Source: a virus. From it: a DNA stretch of 64,000 bases. Positions within the stretch are counted from its first letter, which is position 1, and each line of letters starts with the position of its first letter. Below the pieces are notes generated by a model. It was not told the DNA's origin. It did not search any database and saw nothing but the letters and a program-made list of their open reading frames with translations. Both the position numbers and the translations under genes were made by a program. The stretch lies in IMG/VR virus record IMGVR_UViG_3300028581_000013, one strand, 5' to 3'. Shown here piece by piece: positions 57,140 through 64,000 of this stretch.

Positions 57140-57147
57140 TATAAATA
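57140..57147 (+). promoter_or_regulatory. Late promoter TATAAATA
   Basis: Exact consensus upstream of the internal-protein block. Confidence 0.8.
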
Positions 57148-57203
57148 ATCAAACCGAAGTCGTATTTTGCAACCATAGTGTGTTGCGTTCTAGAAGGAAA
57201 TTA

Positions 57204-58349
57204 ATGCAGTCATTTTTAACATTCTTGAGGGAAGCTACATCCGTAGATGATGAGATGCTTGGTCATCTTACTCATACTAAAGACCTACCCCATGAAGATC
57301 CAAAACATGCACAGACTGCAATCGATTTAATAGACCAATTTCACAAAAAAAGAATGGGACAAAAAAGTTCTGTTGGTGCCTCGTTAAAAACTGATGGTGG
57401 TGCCTCTGTTCATGTTATACATGATAAAGACGGTGTTGGTGTATCCGATAAGCATAGAATAGCCAGAGGTGTTATTGCCAGGACACCAAAAGAAGTAGAC
57501 CAACATTTTGGTCATCAACCAGAATATGCAGCATCACTAAAAAGATTATTGAAACATGGTCACGAGTTTGTTAACAAAGGACACCATGTTCAAGGAGATT
57601 TATTACACACACCGGACTCTCCTGGAGAAAAATCTGGAGATGTAACAAAAACAACTCCTAATAGAATTACATATAAAGCAAAAACAAAAGCACCAATAGG
57701 TCTTGCAGTCCACACAGAAATAACAAAAGGTGTTGCACATGGTGTTACTAAGAATGCATTGAAACACAGTAATAATGTCTTTGTGCCAGAACATGAATAT
57801 AAAGCAAATCCAGAAACATATTCTGAAAAAGATAGACAATCTACAGAAAAACATTTAGATGCAGCAAAAGAGTTGTTAAAGAAACATACTTCAGAACATC
57901 TTACACCAGAACACATAAATGTTAAGAAGGGTGGACACTTTACTACATACTTAAATAGAACAACAAGAAGAGGTGAAAATGCCTCTATTGAAGGTTATAA
58001 AAAACACTTAGATGGTGAAGCAAAAAAAGCAGTAAACAAATTAAAGACTCCTGTTGGTCAAGTAAGAAAGCAAGCAGAGTTTGATAAGTTAAAAAGCCAT
58101 GTTGATGATAATGCTAAACACTTTCAAAGGTCTTTAGATATACGCCATCATTTAGGCCAAGCAACAGAACATTTATTAAAAGGTGTATCTCATCCTGATA
58201 TGGAAACAAGTATAGATGGCAAAAAGTCACAAGGTGAAGGTATTGTTTTACAGAAAAAAGATAAAGAAGGTAAAATGAGACCTATGACAAAGCTTGTTCC
58301 TGTTAAAGTGTCTAATTCAATTTTAAATAACCCTAGGTTTGCAAAGTAA
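57204..58349 (+). CDS. DUF6267-like protein with ligase-type nucleotidyltransferase motifs and capsid-targeting-like N-terminus
   Basis: MQSFLTFLRE; KTDG, QGDL, EGIVL, TKLV. Confidence 0.6.
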   Translation: MQSFLTFLREATSVDDEMLGHLTHTKDLPHEDPKHAQTAIDLIDQFHKKRMGQKSSVGASLKTDGGASVHVIHDKDGVGVSDKHRIARGVIARTPKEVDQHFGHQPEYAASLKRLLKHGHEFVNKGHHVQGDLLHTPDSPGEKSGDVTKTTPNRITYKAKTKAPIGLAVHTEITKGVAHGVTKNALKHSNNVFVPEHEYKANPETYSEKDRQSTEKHLDAAKELLKKHTSEHLTPEHINVKKGGHFTTYLNRTTRRGENASIEGYKKHLDGEAKKAVNKLKTPVGQVRKQAEFDKLKSHVDDNAKHFQRSLDIRHHLGQATEHLLKGVSHPDMETSIDGKKSQGEGIVLQKKDKEGKMRPMTKLVPVKVSNSILNNPRFAK

Positions 58350-58350
58350 G

Positions 58351-60156
58351 ATGAAATCATTTTTAGACGTAATCAAAGAAGAACAACAAGGTGAAAAACA
58401 CCATGTTATTACCTTTGGTAGAATGAGCCCTCCTACTGCTGGCCATTTAAAACTAATTGACAAAGTTAAAGAGGTTGCAAAGAAAAATAATGCAACTCAT
58501 ACCATTGTTGTTTCTCATACACAAGATAGCAAAAAGAATCCACTAACTGCTCAACAAAAAATCAAACATCTAAAGCGATATGTTGCTGGTCCTATAACAG
58601 AAGCCAAGAAATCAGATAATACCAATTTTGTTGCAGCTTCAAAAGAGAAACCAACAATATTACACCATGCAGCCGAAGCACATAAGAGTGGAGTTACACA
58701 TCTTCATGTTGTTGTTGGTTCTGACCGTGTCAAAGAAATGCACCACCTATTACACAAATACAATGGTGTAGAGGCTGGTCATGGTAAATACCATTTCAAA
58801 AAGATTACTGTCCATTCTGCAGGACACCGTGATCCAGACGCAGAAGGTACAGAGGGTATGTCAGCTACGAAGATGAGAGAACATGCCAAGAGTAAGAACT
58901 TTGGTGAGTTTAGGAAAGGTGTTCCTTCTCATGTATCCGATTCTCATGCCAAAGAATTGATGCACGATACCCGTAAGGGTATGGGTTTACATGAATCGTT
59001 TGATCGTGGTATGTTTAAAGCTGTTTTTGTTACTGGCGGTCCAGGTTCTGGTAAAGATATCATTATCCGTGAAGCTATCTCCGAATCTCGAATCGTTGAA
59101 TTAAACTTCATACAGGCTCAAGAATATTTGGCCGATAAACAAAAATTGTCAGAAAAAACAAGTGATTACCGCCATGAAGCAATTAGAAATCGTGGTCCAT
59201 TAATAATCAATGGCCCAGCGGATGACACCACCAGAATATCGTATATCAAAGAAGAACTGGAAGAACTAGGTTACGATACATTAATGGTTTTTGTCAATAC
59301 CACCAATGAAACCAGTAGGGAAAGAAACTTTTTACTGGCTAGAATGATGGTTGAATCGATTAGGCAAGACAAATGGTTGAAATCTCAAAAAAATACTAAA
59401 TATTTCATAGAGACCTTTGATAGATTTGTATCTTTTGATAATACAGGAGATATAGATAGTAAAGAGCAAGATATACATGAAGTTTATGAGAAAACAAATA
59501 ACTTCTTGGATTCTAAGGCTTTTAACGAAACTGCCGAAGATTGGTTGATTCGAAACTCTAAATTAAATATTAATTCATTATATAAGGAACAAAAAAATGT
59601 TAAAAGCCCTAGTCAATTTATTAAAGCTAAAACCAAAGGATGTGGACAACACCGATTCCTCGCAGACAACAACTGCCCCAGCTGCCAGCTCCAACGAAAA
59701 GCCGGCCGAATCGACAGCGTTAAAGACGGAGACGTCCAAAGTAACTCAAGTTACACCTTCCGCACCTACGAAGAAAGCCAGCCCAAGGTCGAAGTCCAGC
59801 CCCAAGCCAAAGAGCCAAACTTCCAAAAAGACAAAGAGCAAGTAAACAAAAAGAAAAGATGGGTCAATAGTGCCTCTGGTGCTATTCGATCCCAAGGTGT
59901 AGGACCAGAATTCGACACTCGCCAACAGGGAACAGTATACCCTATGTCAGGAATGGGCGATGTAACTTATCGTGAAGAAAAAGAATTTAAGAAGTTTAGA
60001 CAATATGTAGAAGCAATAGATGATCCGGGAGCCAATGATATGGGTTTAGCCGGATCAATGTCTGGCGCAAGTAATAAAGAACCTTTAGTAACTCCAGCAG
60101 ATAAATTTGCTTTATCTGGTGTAACTATAAAGAAGAAAAAAAATGTTAAAATTTAA
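58351..60156 (+). CDS. HIGH-family nucleotidyltransferase fused to a P-loop kinase
   Basis: FGRMSPPTAGH, VVGSDRV, MSATKMR; VTGGPGSGKD. Confidence 0.8.
   Translation: MKSFLDVIKEEQQGEKHHVITFGRMSPPTAGHLKLIDKVKEVAKKNNATHTIVVSHTQDSKKNPLTAQQKIKHLKRYVAGPITEAKKSDNTNFVAASKEKPTILHHAAEAHKSGVTHLHVVVGSDRVKEMHHLLHKYNGVEAGHGKYHFKKITVHSAGHRDPDAEGTEGMSATKMREHAKSKNFGEFRKGVPSHVSDSHAKELMHDTRKGMGLHESFDRGMFKAVFVTGGPGSGKDIIIREAISESRIVELNFIQAQEYLADKQKLSEKTSDYRHEAIRNRGPLIINGPADDTTRISYIKEELEELGYDTLMVFVNTTNETSRERNFLLARMMVESIRQDKWLKSQKNTKYFIETFDRFVSFDNTGDIDSKEQDIHEVYEKTNNFLDSKAFNETAEDWLIRNSKLNINSLYKEQKNVKSPSQFIKAKTKGCGQHRFLADNNCPSCQLQRKAGRIDSVKDGDVQSNSSYTFRTYEESQPKVEVQPQAKEPNFQKDKEQVNKKKRWVNSASGAIRSQGVGPEFDTRQQGTVYPMSGMGDVTYREEKEFKKFRQYVEAIDDPGANDMGLAGSMSGASNKEPLVTPADKFALSGVTIKKKKNVKI
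59597..59845 (+). CDS. Overprinted +1-frame Lys/Ser/Thr/Pro-rich protein (82 aa)
   Basis: AAGGA SD at 59584-59588; local shift to C-ending codons in the host frame. Confidence 0.55.
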   Translation: MLKALVNLLKLKPKDVDNTDSSQTTTAPAASSNEKPAESTALKTETSKVTQVTPSAPTKKASPRSKSSPKPKSQTSKKTKSK

Positions 60157-60463
60157 ACAATTTATTTCTGAGCAATATTTGGATGAGAAATCACCAGCAT
60201 GGCAACGTTCTGCAGGTAAAGATCCAGAAGGTGGCTTAAATCGTAAAGGTATTGCATCATATCGTAGAGAAAATCCAGGTTCTAAATTGTCGATGGCTGT
60301 AACAACAAAACCATCTAAACTAAAACCAGGTTCTAAAGCTGCTAATCGTAGAAAATCGTTTTGTGCTCGTATGGGTGGAATGAAGAAACGATTGACATCT
60401 GCTAAGACAGCAAGAGATCCAGATTCAAGAATTAACAAAGCATTACGCAAGTGGAACTGCTAA
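60143..60463 (+). CDS. Basic DUF6321-like protein with capsid-targeting-like N-terminus
   Basis: MLKFKQFISE..LDE; PAWQRSAGKDPEGGLN, RRKSFCARM, SRINKALRKWNC. Confidence 0.75.
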   Translation: MLKFKQFISEQYLDEKSPAWQRSAGKDPEGGLNRKGIASYRRENPGSKLSMAVTTKPSKLKPGSKAANRRKSFCARMGGMKKRLTSAKTARDPDSRINKALRKWNC

Positions 60464-60478
60464 TAAACGGAGAATAAA

Positions 60479-61663
60479 ATGTTCACAAAAAATAAAGTAA
60501 GCCAGTCAATGATTGACGCAGTAAATAAAGTTCTAGAAGAACAATCATTGGAAGAAGTGGCACCAATTAAAGAACCTACGGCAACCGGCATGAAAGTTTA
60601 TGGCCGTAGTTATGGTAATTCTGCAAAGGCTAAACAAGATCAAAGTAAATCTTCTGTTGATGACCTCAAGGGTCCTAAAACAAAAGATTTGATGAAAAAA
60701 GATAAAGAAGATTATGAGAAAACGAAAGGCAAATATGATGAAGCTGCCAAGCCAGATTATTTGGATTTCGATAAAGACGGCAATAAAACAGAGCCTATGA
60801 AGAAAGCTTTGGCCAGCACCAAAAAAGTTGCTGAAGAATTAAAAGGTGATCAACATAAGATTGATGCAAACAAAAATAATAAAATTGATGCACACGATTT
60901 TGCCATTCTCCGTGGTAAAAAGAAAGTGAAAGAATCTTTTTCTGTTCGTTTAGAAGAAAAATGGAAATCAATGAAAGAGAAAAAAGATGTTGTGATGCCT
61001 GAGGCTTTAGAAAAATCTCCAGAAAAGAACCAAGATGTTGCTGATAAAAGCCATTTAAAAGATAAACCAGGTTCTTTTAAGAGTGACCTAAAAAACCTTG
61101 GTCGTTTTCTCACAGGTAAAAAAGAAACAAATGAAGAAGTTGAGCAGATTGATGAAAAAAATGTACCTACAAGTCCAGAAAAATGGGCTCGTGCAAAAGC
61201 AGCTGCTAAATCTAAGTTTGCTGTATACCCATCTGCTTACGCAAATGGTTGGGCATCTAAAAAATACAAAGCAATGGGTGGTGGTTGGAAGTCAACAAAA
61301 GAAGAAGTAGAAGAATATACTGAGGAACAACTTGATGAAATGATTAATGAAGTTCTCGGTAAAGATGCAACTGCAGGCGATTGGATTAGTGATTTCGTAC
61401 ATTCTGATAATCCTAAATTTGCTGGTAAGTCAAAAACAAAACGTAAAGAAATGGCTCTTGCTGCTTATTATGCAAAACAGAAAAACGAAGAAGTTGAAAT
61501 TGATGAAGCAACAATCGCTGGAACATCTGGCTGGAAAAAAATGCCAAAGGACGTTAAAGATAAGTCTGGTGCGATTCACACACCAATGAGTCGTGCTAAA
61601 GATTTAGCACGTTTAGCATTTAAAAAAGTACAAGACAGAACAAAAATTAGTAAACAGGACTAA
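60479..61663 (+). CDS. Modular internal head (poly)protein
   Basis: Short modules separated by I/L-x-E linkers; EF-hand-like DFDKDGNKTE and DANKNNKIDAHD; YPSAYANGW module. Confidence 0.7.
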   Translation: MFTKNKVSQSMIDAVNKVLEEQSLEEVAPIKEPTATGMKVYGRSYGNSAKAKQDQSKSSVDDLKGPKTKDLMKKDKEDYEKTKGKYDEAAKPDYLDFDKDGNKTEPMKKALASTKKVAEELKGDQHKIDANKNNKIDAHDFAILRGKKKVKESFSVRLEEKWKSMKEKKDVVMPEALEKSPEKNQDVADKSHLKDKPGSFKSDLKNLGRFLTGKKETNEEVEQIDEKNVPTSPEKWARAKAAAKSKFAVYPSAYANGWASKKYKAMGGGWKSTKEEVEEYTEEQLDEMINEVLGKDATAGDWISDFVHSDNPKFAGKSKTKRKEMALAAYYAKQKNEEVEIDEATIAGTSGWKKMPKDVKDKSGAIHTPMSRAKDLARLAFKKVQDRTKISKQD

Positions 61664-61665
61664 TC

Positions 61666-63549
61666 ATGGCTAAAAATTTAAGAGATATCGTTAAGAAGAA
61701 TCCTACACCAGCAAGACCTAGGTTTGGTGTAGATCCGTCAGACCCATGGTCAGCAAAAGCAGGAATCTATGAAGCAGACGGAACATTGGATCAATTTTTA
61801 TCATCTAGAGGAATCAATCCTAAATTTGTTTCCAAAGATACTAAAATTTCTCATGCTAAGTCGAGCGCCTTCTTAAAATGGAAACAAGATCATGTTGTTG
61901 AGGAAATTCAATTAGACGAAGATAAATGGTTAAATAGATTTTTATCATCAAGAGGCCTTGATCCTAAATTTGTTACTACAGATAAAAAAGTTAGCTTTTC
62001 TAAGTCTGGTGAATTTGCAAAATGGTTACGTGACCATAAACCTGATGAAAGATTACAAAAAGAAGAACAAATTGATGAAGTTTCTGGTATGGGAATTCGT
62101 AGTAGTAGGTCTCATGAACCTACTCAATTAGACCATGATACTGTAAAAAAACATTTAAAAAATTTAATGGCTATACATTCTGATGAGCCAACAGCAACAT
62201 CAGCTGTACACAGAGCCATTAAAAAAGTATCTACAGCAGGAACTACTTCAACAAAAACCAGAAGTAGAGAAATGTTGAGAGCCTTAATTCAAAAACATTC
62301 TATTCCTATTGACCACGAGCATCGTGCTTTATTGAATAGAGAGCAAGTAGAACATAAACAACTTGATGAGTTGGCTCCAGAAACATTGGCATCTTATGTT
62401 CTCAAAACAACTAGTAAAGATCCAAAGCGTGCCGAACCTCGTAAGAAAGCAATGAGTAAATTAGCCAAGATTATGGCTAAACGGTCATTTTCTGAAGAAA
62501 AGAAACCGACAGCATTAGAAAGATTCCGCAAAGCATCGGCTGAGCGTGAAAAGAAACATGCTGAAATTGAAAAGAAACAATCCAAAGATGGTTCTGGTAT
62601 GACTAGTGCTATTGACCGTTTAGAAAAACATTTGAATAAAGAGGATGTAGGAATCAGTAAAGCTAAAGAAACTAAATTTCATAAAAAGTTAGATACTCTT
62701 GTACATTCCACTTTTGGTAAAAGAAAAGATGAAATGAAGATGAAGGAAGAAGTTGAACAAATTGATGAAGTTTCTAGTTCAGAAGTCGACCATCATTTTC
62801 ATCAATGGGTAAATTCTGAACATGCTCCTTATAATAGTGATGCTGGAGATGATAACAAAGTTCACCAATCAGCTTTATCGTATTTAAGAAGTACTAATGT
62901 ACCAAAAGAAAAACATGAAAAAATGGCAATGCATATTGCTCATAAATTTCATGGAAGTGGTATTGATGAAGAAGTTAAACAGATTGATGAATTAAAGATG
63001 TCCACAGTTAAATCTTATCATAGTAAACGATTGACAGATTTTTCATATACAAAGAAAAAATCAGGTGAAACTTCTACCAAACCACGTAATGCAAGAATCA
63101 AAAAGGTTTCTGCAGGTATCGACCGTTCAATAGACCGTCAAACTGGTCGTAAGCCAACATCCGAAGATGTATATCACGATTCTCAGGCAGCAACTCAAAT
63201 GCCTTTTGATGGTGCCAATAATACAAATGACACATCACCAATGAAACGTGAAATGTCTAAATCTGCTCGTATAATTAAGTCTTTATATAAGTCTAAAAAT
63301 ATGAAAGAAGATATGTATGATTGGGAAAAAGACGATAAATCAACAAAGGGTTATGGTAAAAAACCTAAGATGGCCATGACCGATGAAAAAGATAGTATGG
63401 GTGAAAACAAACCGGAAGCGGTGGCCATAATGACTGGTGGTAAGACTTTAACTGGTCAAGATAGGGATACTGTCGAGATTGATCCATCTATGAAGAAACG
63501 TACTAATCAACCAGATGCTGGTCCACAAGACGGTAGTAAAACAAGATAG
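61666..63549 (+). CDS. Modular internal head (poly)protein
   Basis: Repeated EEVEQIDE / QLDE linkers between basic modules. Confidence 0.7.
   Translation: MAKNLRDIVKKNPTPARPRFGVDPSDPWSAKAGIYEADGTLDQFLSSRGINPKFVSKDTKISHAKSSAFLKWKQDHVVEEIQLDEDKWLNRFLSSRGLDPKFVTTDKKVSFSKSGEFAKWLRDHKPDERLQKEEQIDEVSGMGIRSSRSHEPTQLDHDTVKKHLKNLMAIHSDEPTATSAVHRAIKKVSTAGTTSTKTRSREMLRALIQKHSIPIDHEHRALLNREQVEHKQLDELAPETLASYVLKTTSKDPKRAEPRKKAMSKLAKIMAKRSFSEEKKPTALERFRKASAEREKKHAEIEKKQSKDGSGMTSAIDRLEKHLNKEDVGISKAKETKFHKKLDTLVHSTFGKRKDEMKMKEEVEQIDEVSSSEVDHHFHQWVNSEHAPYNSDAGDDNKVHQSALSYLRSTNVPKEKHEKMAMHIAHKFHGSGIDEEVKQIDELKMSTVKSYHSKRLTDFSYTKKKSGETSTKPRNARIKKVSAGIDRSIDRQTGRKPTSEDVYHDSQAATQMPFDGANNTNDTSPMKREMSKSARIIKSLYKSKNMKEDMYDWEKDDKSTKGYGKKPKMAMTDEKDSMGENKPEAVAIMTGGKTLTGQDRDTVEIDPSMKKRTNQPDAGPQDGSKTR
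61786..62025 (+). repeat. Two diverged 32-aa modules (L..FLSSRG..PKFV..D.K.S..KS..F.KW), period 144 nt
   Basis: 61786-61881 versus 61930-62025. Confidence 0.8.
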
Positions 63550-63556
63550 AAAATAA

Positions 63557-63564
63557 GATAAATA
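63557..63564 (+). promoter_or_regulatory. Late promoter variant GATAAATA
   Basis: Intergenic, upstream of an AAGGAG SD. Confidence 0.55.
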
Positions 63565-63595
63565 ACTAACAACCTTCAATAATAAGGAGAAGAAG

Positions 63596-64000
63596 ATGTC
63601 CTCATGGGGAAATAACGATAACGCAGCCAATGCACCATATTGGGCTGTTAATTCAACGATTGTAAACGCCACAAACGTAAAGGCTAACTATTCTGCACCA
63701 ACAGCAGATAACGTAGCCCGTCTGTATGCAAACACTACAGCTGATGTCTATACAGTTGGTGAAACGATTGGCCTTTTTGCAGTCGATGCCAACGAATCCT
63801 CAGTTGATAGTAACGTTGGCCATTCTGGCTGGGTTCTAAGGACTACTGGTTCTGGTGGCCGTGCTAACCGTGTTCAACAAGAAGTTTTGGTAGCCATTTC
63901 AAGCTTTAGTGGTGATGATGAAGATACCACATATGAAGATGCTATTATCACCATTAGTTCACAACCAGGTAGCAACACTGCTAACTTGACTGTTGGCAAT
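63596..64000 (+). CDS. Virion structural protein, possibly head decoration/Ig-domain type (3' partial)
   Basis: MSSWGNND...GHSGWVLRTTGSGGRANRVQQEVLVA...IITISSQP; open to the window end. Confidence 0.65.
   Translation, partial: MSSWGNNDNAANAPYWAVNSTIVNATNVKANYSAPTADNVARLYANTTADVYTVGETIGLFAVDANESSVDSNVGHSGWVLRTTGSGGRANRVQQEVLVAISSFSGDDEDTTYEDAIITISSQPGSNTANLTVGN

Noticed and set aside
1-64000. CRISPR array, integrase, introns/inteins in gp17, gp41 or gp43, reverse transcriptase/DGR near the Mtd-like gene
   Set aside because: No spaced direct repeats seen; core genes are uninterrupted and of normal length; no RT or integrase motifs among the ORFs
1-64000. Stop-codon reassignment
   Set aside because: Standard code gives dense, full-length genes ending in TAA, TGA and TAG; no suppressor tRNA seen

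Overview
This 64 kb window comes from an AT-rich T4-like myovirus genome, coded almost entirely on the + strand. Its auxiliary genes look proteobacterial, so an aquatic proteobacterial host is inferred but not shown. Left to right it holds: tail/neck/head morphogenesis genes (gp13-gp23, gp3); recombination and replication genes (uvsY, uvsW, gp55, gp47, gp46, gp45, gp44, gp62, regA, gp43, uvsX, gp41); auxiliary genes (heme oxygenase, peptide deformylase, Hsp20, dCMP deaminase, J-domain protein, ErpA/IscA, fatty-acid desaturase, LpxH-like phosphoesterase); four tRNA or tRNA-like genes; a 9-gene glycan island; and a late block of probable capsid-internal proteins. Most notable observations: (1) a well-folded but non-canonical tRNA-Gly(TCC) with hallmarks of non-ribosomal glycyl donors, in a genome that also encodes two DUF4338/GNAT-like paralogs and a dATP/dGTP diphosphohydrolase (candidate tRNA-dependent modification system); (2) late proteins with T4-type capsid-targeting N-termini and repeated I/L-x-E prohead-protease sites, including ligase-like, HIGH nucleotidyltransferase and P-loop kinase domains (candidate injected polyprotein cargo); (3) a ROSE-type RNA thermometer on phage hsp20; (4) an overprinted +1-frame gene; (5) antisense genes ending inside tRNA 3' ends, predicted leaderless transcripts, and paralogous membrane micropeptides missed by the ORF track. 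All product calls come from motif recognition and synteny only; no searches were run.
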